Shown: positions 8,033-16,199 of the stretch, piece after piece
Numbering within the stretch: the first letter of the stretch is position 1
Layout: the number at the start of each line of letters is the position of its first letter
Source of the DNA: Serratia phage PCH45
DNA length: 40,000 bases
Sequence record: MN334766.1
Direction: 5' to 3' (one strand)
The notes under the pieces: generated by a model
The model's database searches: none
What the model was told of the DNA's origin: nothing
Seen by the model: only the letters and a program-made list of their open reading frames with translations
Translations under genes and position numbers: made by a program

Positions 8033-8486
8033 CAAGTTAACGGTAATAATAGATATCAAAAGACTCTTTCGCATCTGCGATGAGTTCTTCCCTTTTCTTA
8101 GTCAGGATGATTACAATGAAGTCATTCGATATAAGTTAAGCAAGGAGAACTGTTACGATGTCGAGGGATTCAGTCATCAGCATGTAGGTTCCTTCACTCA
8201 CATGCTACTCAATCAAATACAAAATGCAGGTGGTTTCTTTATACGACTACCTCCAGGAGTAATTAGCATTGGGGAGATCACGACGAATAAGACGACTGCT
8301 CGAATCGTCTGCTCCGGAAAGGGAGGAGTGTTTAATTCTGACGGAACCGTCCGCTCTGCGGATTCTCCGTTACGACTTGGTGTTCACCGACAAGCTGAAA
8401 GACAGCGAGATAGAAGACTTGATTTTATCTTGGGTGACCGCTTACCAGGCACTTCGAACGCCGTTCGAGTCATTCTGGGAATTTAA
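8022..8486 (+). CDS. hypothetical small protein, array member 2; true C-terminus uncertain
   Basis: N-terminus LTVIIDIKRLF, hairpin-like GVISIGEITTNKTTARIVC; frame runs a further ~150 nt over the next gene. Confidence 0.6.
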   Translation: MRNDKLTVIIDIKRLFRICDEFFPFLSQDDYNEVIRYKLSKENCYDVEGFSHQHVGSFTHMLLNQIQNAGGFFIRLPPGVISIGEITTNKTTARIVCSGKGGVFNSDGTVRSADSPLRLGVHRQAERQRDRRLDFILGDRLPGTSNAVRVILGI

Positions 8487-8778
8487 ACTCTCCGAACGTA
8501 AGAGCTATATTGACGATCTAGGCGAACATCTACAAGCTTGGTTCTACGATAAGTTCTTGATGGACTTCACCGAGGATCTGAACGAAGAAGAAAAAGACAA
8601 GATCGAAGAGCGATGGTTCAATTGGCTCGACGTGATTGAGTTAGTCCAAACTTCTGATTACTTCGAACTGCTATACCGTTTCATCGAACAGATAGCGGAT
8701 GTTGATTACGAAATCGACAAAGTCAAAGTAACCAGACGAAAGGTGATAATTGAGTATGGACAACGTAGTAGTAATTGA
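8335..8778 (+). CDS. hypothetical small protein, array member 3; candidate AUU start (track start 8269 also ATT)
   Basis: GGAAAGGGAGGAG SD 6 nt upstream of ATT 8335; no well-placed ATG/GTG/TTG; C-terminus VKVTRRKVIIEYG. Confidence 0.55.
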   Translation: MLTEPSALRILRYDLVFTDKLKDSEIEDLILSWVTAYQALRTPFESFWEFKLSERKSYIDDLGEHLQAWFYDKFLMDFTEDLNEEEKDKIEERWFNWLDVIELVQTSDYFELLYRFIEQIADVDYEIDKVKVTRRKVIIEYGQRSSN

Positions 8779-9247
8779 CCTCAGAAGACTTATCCTTAAC
8801 GCAGACATCTATATCGATCGTCTGTTACGCGAACATCCTAAACTCGCTACACGGATTACTTACAGCCGTAGCAAGCGCGGGCCGTTACGCGAATACATCT
8901 ACAACCGGTTCTGGAACATTCTCAACGAAACGACGAAATATAAGTTCGATGAGTTGGAAGAAGACCTTTACCTCGGACAGATGTTTAAAGACTGGAACCC
9001 GCAAAGTTGGTATCGTGACGAGAACAAAGATCTCATTATCGATGACCAGGGTTCTTTCGATTTTCTTAGTGGGTGGGTAGAAGAGCTTGATGGTGATCTT
9101 AATACGATCATCAGCAAAGAGCGTTTGAATGTCGGTTGGAAGATACTTCAGATCGATATCTCATCTACCACACTTACCGTAGAGTTATACGGAGATTGGC
9201 GTGCGCAGAAATGGTGCGAGGAGAATAACATCGAATACAAGCTCTAG
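8750..9247 (+). CDS. hypothetical small protein, array member 4
   Basis: VVVIDLRRLIL N-terminus; LQIDISSTTLTVELYG near C-terminus. Confidence 0.7.
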   Translation: MSMDNVVVIDLRRLILNADIYIDRLLREHPKLATRITYSRSKRGPLREYIYNRFWNILNETTKYKFDELEEDLYLGQMFKDWNPQSWYRDENKDLIIDDQGSFDFLSGWVEELDGDLNTIISKERLNVGWKILQIDISSTTLTVELYGDWRAQKWCEENNIEYKL

Positions 9248-9593
9248 ACCAGCTTTTATAATTCCAATATCTGGTCAATTACGGTACTTCATACACGCAG
9301 TTGAAAAACTCGACGAAGATGCGGCGTTGGGTGTTAATGAGAAAGACGTTTTCCGTTGCCTCATTACCGACGCCCTTGACATGGATGACCCCAGGCTTGC
9401 TCGTAAGTATGAACGCTTTGTCGATGAGTATGGGGCATTCGGTATCGATCGAATGGATATAATGACCTTGTTCGAAGAGGTCGTTTTTAGATTAGAAGAA
9501 TTATTCAGAGAGCACGGGGTTCATCCAGGACCCCGTTACTCTTTCAGCTGGCTTCCTAACAGCAGGAATGTATTCATTTACGAAGAGGACTAA
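9201..9593 (+). CDS. hypothetical small protein, array member 5 (GTG start 9201)
   Basis: GGAG 6 nt before GTG 9201; AFIIPISG...YSFSWLPNSRNVFIYEED. Confidence 0.6.
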   Translation: MRRNGARRITSNTSSRPAFIIPISGQLRYFIHAVEKLDEDAALGVNEKDVFRCLITDALDMDDPRLARKYERFVDEYGAFGIDRMDIMTLFEEVVFRLEELFREHGVHPGPRYSFSWLPNSRNVFIYEED

Positions 9594-9595
9594 CT

Positions 9596-9979
9596 ATGTA
9601 TTTGATAGACGCTCGGCGTAAAAACAAGGAATTAATTCGCCTGGCGAAAGAAGCTAAAGATCGCTACCGTATTCAGCTGGTTGATTTCTATCGTCTGGCT
9701 ACGATCACGGCATATGCGATCGAAATAACACCAATAACAAGAAAGTCGCAGCATTACGCAACTGATATGTCTACCCTTACTTATGTCACGGATGAAATTA
9801 TTCGTATATTAGGTGAGGATTACTTGGACAGAGAGTATCGTGGGCTACATGCGTTAATCGGTGTTGCAGGGACTGCCATGAGAAGTAACCTACCTCCCAT
9901 CGACGAGGATACTGACTTACGTCGTCTTCGCGTTGCTCCTGACTTACTGAAAGGGTTGATTTATGCGAGGGAGAGATGA
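9596..9979 (+). CDS. hypothetical small protein, array member 6
   Basis: MYLIDARRKNKELI N-terminus; intact ORF. Confidence 0.65.
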   Translation: MYLIDARRKNKELIRLAKEAKDRYRIQLVDFYRLATITAYAIEITPITRKSQHYATDMSTLTYVTDEIIRILGEDYLDREYRGLHALIGVAGTAMRSNLPPIDEDTDLRRLRVAPDLLKGLIYARER

Positions 9980-10329
9980 TTATAATTCTACCAATGTCGA
10001 GGCCGCTCTATAAGTACTTAGACGACTTAGAAACTGGCAGCTTCGGCCAAAGTCTTCTTTCGATTGTGCTCACGGGGTTCCTTAACAATATGATGGTAAG
10101 GAACTTCGACCTGAAATCTCATCTCTTCGATGTTGATTATATTGATGGGCTGTACGGGTCAGAGTGCACTGATATAAAACAAGCGATGTCTATGGTTATT
10201 GCCAAAATGACTATAGCATACAGAACGTACTTCCCCCACCGGAAGTATACCGATATTTCAATACGACGGGCTACCTACACACGGAGCTCGTTGAGGTTCT
10301 CGATCGAGGTGCCTGATGAGCGTCGATAA
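9976..10329 (+). CDS. hypothetical small protein, array member 7
   Basis: IIILPMSRPLYKYL N-terminus; ISIRRATYTRSSLRFSIEV C-terminus; 4-nt ATGA overlap. Confidence 0.7.
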   Translation: MIIILPMSRPLYKYLDDLETGSFGQSLLSIVLTGFLNNMMVRNFDLKSHLFDVDYIDGLYGSECTDIKQAMSMVIAKMTIAYRTYFPHRKYTDISIRRATYTRSSLRFSIEVPDERR

Positions 10330-10789
10330 ACACATCTTTATCGTGCCGTTACAGACAATGACTCGTAAGTCTTTTGAGACGTACTTAAAAGACCGCTACG
10401 ACTTTCTGGATTACGACTTCGTTTTAAGGAACGCTTTACAGTTATGGATTGATTACCTCCAGGACCCTGATGGAGAATGGTATACCAACGTAGAGGAAGA
10501 AATTCACCTCGACTATGGTAGCCAGATCTCTAAGATGGCAGGACGGATGGTCTTCCGTGACGGTAAGAACGACGCAACGCGTGATAGACGCATCGATTAC
10601 AAGCAAAAACTAGTCGACACGATGGTGGCTGAAATCGGTAAGCATATTACGCATGTTAGCAATTATATATCCGACCGGTTAGAGGAAGAAGAGATCGAAG
10701 ATCTTGTTCTTGGCTCTGAGTACGAAGTTCTCGTTAAGTCGGCGTGGATGTCCGGTCGAAGTATAAAGTTTGTAGTCGAGGAAATTTAA
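10316..10789 (+). CDS. hypothetical small protein, array member 8
   Basis: HIFIVPLQTMTRKSF N-terminus; YEVLVKSAWMSGRSIKFVVEEI C-terminus. Confidence 0.7.
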   Translation: MSVDKHIFIVPLQTMTRKSFETYLKDRYDFLDYDFVLRNALQLWIDYLQDPDGEWYTNVEEEIHLDYGSQISKMAGRMVFRDGKNDATRDRRIDYKQKLVDTMVAEIGKHITHVSNYISDRLEEEEIEDLVLGSEYEVLVKSAWMSGRSIKFVVEEI

Positions 10790-10790
10790 T

Positions 10791-11171
10791 ATGGGTAGAA
10801 GACGCAGCAGTCCCGTCGTCGTCATGCCCGCAAGAGAGTTCATCAACAAAGTTAGCTTCTTGAATGCTTTTATTCCAGAAGGCGTCTATTTAGATGAGGC
10901 TAACTTCATCGGTAATGTCTTTGACAACGTATTCAACGAACTAGACATTCCAATCTCAGAGATTGCGAGAACATGCTTCCACATGGTCCCGCACGCTGAC
11001 CTGGATGATATTGCTTTTGCCAGAAATATCATCGATGAAAACTTTAGTCATTTTGCGGACTTATTACGACTAGCGAAGGATAATGCTCGAGCTTATATGC
11101 CGAGCTATAATTACGTCGATTTAGTGCGGATAAGTTGGGATACAAAATCTTTATATCTGAAGGTGCTATGA
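10791..11171 (+). CDS. hypothetical small protein, array member 9
   Basis: PVVVMPAREFINKV N-terminus; VDLVRISWDTKSLYLKVL C-terminus. Confidence 0.7.
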   Translation: MGRRRSSPVVVMPAREFINKVSFLNAFIPEGVYLDEANFIGNVFDNVFNELDIPISEIARTCFHMVPHADLDDIAFARNIIDENFSHFADLLRLAKDNARAYMPSYNYVDLVRISWDTKSLYLKVL

Positions 11172-11482
11172 ATACGATAATTTGTATGCAAAGCCCAATG
11201 ATTACCCGACTTGTTAGAATGTTGGATGAGCATCTGAGTGCGCAGGACATTCCGCCTTGCATGGACTCGAGAAGTCAGTTCCTGACCAGAGCCTGTAAGA
11301 TAGATTTTACTACCATTCATCCGGTCCGTAGTCTTTTCGACGATAACCGTGAACTGTTCAACGCTTATCTTGATTTCTCTCAGGCGGTGATCGATAGTTG
11401 GGATCAACCACCCAGTGTACGTTCCATCGAAGTCATTTCCGTAAATGAAGTTAACGCGAAGCTCGCGATGGAATTTTATTAA
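11168..11482 (+). CDS. hypothetical small protein, array member 10
   Basis: Start refined to ATG 11168 (ATGA overlap); NTIICMQSPMITRLV N-terminus; SIEVISVNEVNAKLAMEFY C-terminus. Confidence 0.65.
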   Translation: MNTIICMQSPMITRLVRMLDEHLSAQDIPPCMDSRSQFLTRACKIDFTTIHPVRSLFDDNRELFNAYLDFSQAVIDSWDQPPSVRSIEVISVNEVNAKLAMEFY

Positions 11483-11492
11483 AGAGGGCAAG

Positions 11493-11909
11493 ATGGACAT
11501 TTTAGACAGATTCAACCTTAAAGAAACCGTGACGTTCCAATTATATACAGGGGCGTCAGCGGTGATACCAGATTCCTTTACGCGCTGCGCCGTCACCAGT
11601 AAAGTGGATTACGACGATGTACGTAACTTCGGTTTCGACCCGGACGTATTGCACCAGCTCGTTTTTCCAACGTTGCCTGCTAATACCTGTCCATCCGACC
11701 CCTCCAAATATAACTGGCTCATTGTCAAGACGTTGACCGGTAGCCGCGCATGTATCGGCGAAGACTGGATTAACCCTGAAACAATCGAAGCAACAACTAA
11801 CACCGGCTTGACTATCTACTGTTCGGCTTCCCCGCGTAACAGTATTAACCTTGCTCGGCAAATACTAACCGCTAACGGCTTTACTGTAGCCAGCATTGAG
11901 CCAGACTGA
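11493..11909 (+). CDS. hypothetical protein, 138 aa
   Basis: Start refined from 11445 to ATG 11493 with AAAGAGGG SD. Confidence 0.75.
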   Translation: MDILDRFNLKETVTFQLYTGASAVIPDSFTRCAVTSKVDYDDVRNFGFDPDVLHQLVFPTLPANTCPSDPSKYNWLIVKTLTGSRACIGEDWINPETIEATTNTGLTIYCSASPRNSINLARQILTANGFTVASIEPD

Positions 11910-11945
11910 ATTACCGTAACTTGAACCGTTTCGTACTGGTTTTGA

Positions 11946-11975
11946 GAGAGGGATTTTCCCTCTCTTTTTTTTTTG
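11946..11975 (+). terminator. intrinsic terminator AGAGAGGG-atttt-CCCTCTCT-T tract
   Basis: Stem plus long T run. Confidence 0.8.
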
Positions 11976-12039
11976 TTTTTTTTTTGATTCCTTCTTGTAT
12001 TGGTATAGAGAGAAATATTTTTTCCATTAGGTGGACTAC

Positions 12040-14241
12040 ATGGCAGCCTTTGTTAATAATCCATTTAATCGCAAAGCTTCGGACTATGTCCGTGACATTA
12101 ACGTCATCGAAGGTGCGATTAACCAGTTCGCGATTATCTTATCACGTACCTATAAACAATCTTATCAAGAAGCGCGTGATTATGTAGTCGATGAACTGAA
12201 GAACGGGAACAAACGTTTCCACGACCCGATCATGCGTTACCTCCAGCAAGATGAGAACGAAGATAGACATCCTGCTGAAATGAAGTTCTCGCAGTACATT
12301 AGTTCTGCTGTTCGTGATAAGTTGTTAATGGCACCGACCTTTACACAGATCCTGCCACCTGACCAGAAAGAATCATTACTTTCTAGCTACATCAAGGTCA
12401 ACTTATCAAAACGTAATGCGGAGAAGAAGCTTCAGTTAAAAGCATCTAACCACGGCGACAAGTTCCGTGAAACTCTCCACAAGAACAACCAGAATAACAA
12501 AAAGATTCTGAACAACGCCATATCCGGAAACCACCGTTCCATTCACTCGATTCTTTACGATCGACCAGTGCATCCGATACTGACAAGCTGCTGTCGTATT
12601 GCGAACGGTTCTGCGAACTCGAATAACGATAGACTGTTAACAGGTTCGCGTCATTATTACAATCCGGATGTCGTGCTAGCCAACATAGCCTCAATTATAG
12701 AGCTATCGGATTGGGACCTTGTTAAGAGAGCAGTGGATAAACATAATCTCCATCAACCAACAGTCGAAGAGACTATGGCGGTGATTAGACGATCAACTGA
12801 CCTCTATTGGAATACGAGCAACGGATTACGCTACATTATCCAATTCGTAGAGCAGCTCGATGGGTATGAACGTGCAGCAGTGTGCTATATGGGCGACCTA
12901 TACCACCTGGCGCAGTTTAATGACAGCGTGGTACGTGATATACTGGATTCTCTTGTAAACATCCCTACGGAGCGTGTAGAGAACCATTTCGAATGGCTCA
13001 ACCATGTCGACGAAGATACACAGGCGCAGATCAAAGTGCGATTCCCTGATATCGTCGGTAAGGAACACTTCTGGCATGATGATGTTAAAGCTCATCCGGA
13101 TTACCCGCTTATCGGTTCAATGGCTAAGCAGATCTATTATACGCTGGACCATTACGCCGATGTAATAAATGCGTTCTTGATGTCTAAGAACGTACCGTTC
13201 CTTATTTCCGATTTCCCTTCCGCTGTCCGTCGTGCAGGGGTAGGCTCCGATACCGACTCCGCAATCTTTACTGTTCAGGATTGGGCAATATGGTACAACG
13301 GGAATGATGATGTCACGTACGACAACATTCTCCTATCGGAAGCAATGGCTTTCATTGTATCTGAAACCACAACGCACAACCTGGCCACCCAGACAGTCAA
13401 TATGGGTGTAACCGACGAGAAGGAAGTATTCCGTCTCTCGATGAAGAACGAATATCTGTTCCCTGTCTTTATGCTGACGTCACGTGCCAAACACTACGCA
13501 GCGTTGCAGAAGGTACAGGAAGGTATTATCTTCGATAAAGCCAAACTGGAGAAGAAGGGCGTGGAACTACACGCATCGAACTCACCAGAAGGTATTCGTA
13601 AAGACCTTGACAAGATGATTGTCGATGTATTGACAAAACAAGAGAGAGGGGAGAAGATTTCTTTACACTCGATGTTGGTACATGTTGCCGAATGGGAACA
13701 TCGAATCTTTAACTCGATTACCGCTGGCGAAACAACGTACCTTAAATCCGCACGTGTAAAAGAAGAGGATGGGTATACGAAGGAAGCAGAGAAGTCGCGT
13801 TACATGAACTTCATGCTTTGGTCTGAAGTGTTTGCTGACACTTATGGCGCATCATTACCGCCGCCGTATTCAGCACTTGCGTTCAGTATCATTCCTGATA
13901 CGAAGAACAAGACAAAAAAATGGCTGGATGAATGGCCTAACCAAGAACGAGCAGAAAGACTCCGTTCGTTCATGGCCAGGGTTAAGAAAGACTACTTGGG
14001 TGAGATCCTCTTACCTGAGGAGAACGTCATGTCCTACGGTATCCCATCCGAGATTCTGGATGTGATCGATGTCCGTAAGATCGTTGCGAAAGCGGTTTCT
14101 CCTTTCTACTTGTTCTTAGAGTCATTCGAGTTCTACCTGCAAGATAAAGACCAATGTAAATTGATCATGGACTTTATCTCACAAGAGGACGTCGACAACT
14201 TTAAAGCAAGTAAGGAAGAATCCCCTTCTCAAAAAGATTGA
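12040..14241 (+). CDS. C-terminal (palm/thumb) fragment of a split family-B-like DNA polymerase of phiKZ-type phages
   Basis: NNKKILNNAISGN (motif B-like), HPILTSCCRIANGSANSNN, motif C-like GSDTDSAIF, SRAKHYAALQKVQEG (KxY-like) and KGVELHASNSPEGIRK. No exonuclease motifs or clear motif A. Confidence 0.7.
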   Translation: MAAFVNNPFNRKASDYVRDINVIEGAINQFAIILSRTYKQSYQEARDYVVDELKNGNKRFHDPIMRYLQQDENEDRHPAEMKFSQYISSAVRDKLLMAPTFTQILPPDQKESLLSSYIKVNLSKRNAEKKLQLKASNHGDKFRETLHKNNQNNKKILNNAISGNHRSIHSILYDRPVHPILTSCCRIANGSANSNNDRLLTGSRHYYNPDVVLANIASIIELSDWDLVKRAVDKHNLHQPTVEETMAVIRRSTDLYWNTSNGLRYIIQFVEQLDGYERAAVCYMGDLYHLAQFNDSVVRDILDSLVNIPTERVENHFEWLNHVDEDTQAQIKVRFPDIVGKEHFWHDDVKAHPDYPLIGSMAKQIYYTLDHYADVINAFLMSKNVPFLISDFPSAVRRAGVGSDTDSAIFTVQDWAIWYNGNDDVTYDNILLSEAMAFIVSETTTHNLATQTVNMGVTDEKEVFRLSMKNEYLFPVFMLTSRAKHYAALQKVQEGIIFDKAKLEKKGVELHASNSPEGIRKDLDKMIVDVLTKQERGEKISLHSMLVHVAEWEHRIFNSITAGETTYLKSARVKEEDGYTKEAEKSRYMNFMLWSEVFADTYGASLPPPYSALAFSIIPDTKNKTKKWLDEWPNQERAERLRSFMARVKKDYLGEILLPEENVMSYGIPSEILDVIDVRKIVAKAVSPFYLFLESFEFYLQDKDQCKLIMDFISQEDVDNFKASKEESPSQKD

Positions 14242-15286
14242 CAACGACGCTTTCGTCTACGCCATTAATGCCACGGAAGGCACCACCGTTTTTGAGTTCG
14301 CGATAACGTTTCTGTAGAAAATTACGTGTCGCACCATTATCTTTTGAACCAGCTTGAAAACTAAGCTGAGCCAAAGTAGCCACCCAGGGAAACGACGCAA
14401 GTACGAGAGCGCCTGCGTTCATGCTACTGATTGAAATGTTAGGGAGTTGCATTACGTCCCAGACAGATCGGTTATCCATCAGTAACAGTGCTTGCGACAA
14501 ATCTAAGAGATTACGATCCTTTTTCTGATTGTTCTCTAAGATGTATTCAATATCTTCCTTAACCGCCATGTGAACATCTGGCATTGAGAAGTTGTAATTC
14601 TTCTTCTGCGGTATAATAGGAAGACCAGTCGCGTAAGAAGTCAGTTGATTGAAGTAAGACATGTTCAAGTCAGACTTCATCATGTTGACCAGCGGATACT
14701 GGAAAACAAACTGACCAATAGGTGGCATGATCTCTAAGTTACGTTCACACCACTTACGCCATTTGTAATATTGCAGCGCTAGCAGTGGAATATCCACGGC
14801 GATAACTGCATAACCTTTAACACCTGATGTTTTAGAACCATCTCGTATGTTAAGGGTTAAGTCATTGAACGGATGGTACAGAATCTTGACGGGCGCAAAG
14901 TCCTTCCAGATACCATCTATAGAAACGAAGTCAGTGTACCCGTTACTGACCGAGACAACGAGTTCTGATATAGAGGAGTCGAAGAAAGAGTTTTTTGCAG
15001 ATGCACCGACTTTAGCATTGATATCCGTGAACCCAACCGCTCGAGCGATGCGTGATGTTCTGTTATCTACTTCAGCGTAAAAGATCTTGTCATTCTTCTC
15101 GTAGGATAGTCCAATCTGCTGAAGAATCTTAATCAGGATGTGGTCAGCTTCTACGAAGTATGGCGTGCGACGATAGTTGTACGCTGCACGGGTGAGCGCT
15201 TCATCAAAACGCTCGGAGATATAACCATGACGAGGCGATGCTAACATTGCTTGGTTACGCCCCGTGGTTCTGAATAGCGAATACAT
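14201..15286 (-). CDS. hypothetical protein, 361 aa (possible virion protein)
   Basis: Intact minus-strand ORF, convergent with and overlapping the polymerase 3' end. Confidence 0.75.
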   Translation of the reverse strand: MYSLFRTTGRNQAMLASPRHGYISERFDEALTRAAYNYRRTPYFVEADHILIKILQQIGLSYEKNDKIFYAEVDNRTSRIARAVGFTDINAKVGASAKNSFFDSSISELVVSVSNGYTDFVSIDGIWKDFAPVKILYHPFNDLTLNIRDGSKTSGVKGYAVIAVDIPLLALQYYKWRKWCERNLEIMPPIGQFVFQYPLVNMMKSDLNMSYFNQLTSYATGLPIIPQKKNYNFSMPDVHMAVKEDIEYILENNQKKDRNLLDLSQALLLMDNRSVWDVMQLPNISISSMNAGALVLASFPWVATLAQLSFQAGSKDNGATRNFLQKRYRELKNGGAFRGINGVDESVVVNLFEKGILPYLL

Positions 15287-15344
15287 AGTAGCCTCCGGGA
15301 TGGTTTACATAGGATACCGACAAGGTGCTTAAAGTCAATATAGT

Positions 15345-15354
15345 TATATATCAT
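15345..15354 (+). promoter_or_regulatory. promoter-like motif TATATATCAT
   Basis: 36 nt upstream of HNH gene ATG; opposite strand reads GATATATAACTATATTGAC, resembling 37465-37485. Confidence 0.45.
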
Positions 15355-15389
15355 CCTAAGGATAGAAGTTTATTCCTCAGGAGTTTCAA

Positions 15390-16031
15390 ATGGGAAGAGT
15401 TAGCGCTTTAATATCGGGACAGGTTTGCGGAAGATTAACTATTGTTCGTAAACTAGATGAAAGGATGAACAATCGTCCCCTTTGGGAGTGCCGTTGTCAA
15501 TGCGGTAAAGTAATAAAGGTATTACAACAGAGCTTAGTATCTGGTAACACCAAATCATGCGGTTGTTTTAGAAAGGAAGCATTAGCAGAAAGAAGAGGGA
15601 GTCATCAATTATCTGAACATCCTCTTTACCATGTCTGGTATAACATGAAGAATCGTTGTAATAATCCAAACCATGAACATTACCATCGTTATGGCGGGAG
15701 AGGTATTACATACGACCCTAGCTTTGAAACTATAGAAGGTTTCTTAGCTGGTATACCGGAAGGTTATCGTAAAGGACTTGAGTTAGACCGTATCGACAAC
15801 GATGGTAATTATGAACCCGGTAACTTAAGATGGGCAACCCGTAGGGAGCAAGTACTCAATAGCTCAGCTACCACTAAAGTTACCGATCCCTATACTAACG
15901 AAACAATGTCGATTACATCAATGGCTAAGAAGTATGGTATTCCTTACTATACTCTTCACCAACATGTTACTAATGGACACGATATTTTGGAGGTCCTCGA
16001 AACCGTTAAGAAGAAACGCGTTCAAAAATAA
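15390..16031 (+). CDS. free-standing HNH homing endonuclease-like protein with N-terminal Cys cluster
   Basis: WECRCQCGKVI...TKSCGCFRKEA, HPLYHVWYNMKNRCNNPNHEHYHRYGGRGI, GLELDRIDNDGNYEPGNLRWATRREQ. Confidence 0.85.
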   Translation: MGRVSALISGQVCGRLTIVRKLDERMNNRPLWECRCQCGKVIKVLQQSLVSGNTKSCGCFRKEALAERRGSHQLSEHPLYHVWYNMKNRCNNPNHEHYHRYGGRGITYDPSFETIEGFLAGIPEGYRKGLELDRIDNDGNYEPGNLRWATRREQVLNSSATTKVTDPYTNETMSITSMAKKYGIPYYTLHQHVTNGHDILEVLETVKKKRVQK

Positions 16032-16121
16032 ATATTGTCTTATAGTATGTAGAACAGTGTTTGGGTAATCCCCAAGCATAGTGGTTTGGTGTCTGAGGTC
16101 AGGTTTTAAAAAAATCTCACC

Positions 16122-16131
16122 TATATATCAT
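16122..16131 (+). promoter_or_regulatory. promoter-like motif TATATATCAT
   Basis: In the 168-nt gap upstream of the 659-aa ORF; flanked by TCACC/GGTGA. Confidence 0.45.
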
Positions 16132-16199
16132 TTTGGTGAAGTTACATAGTTAACTTTCCAAAGCGCTTTGTATAACTATTATTTCTGAGGAAAAGAAAG

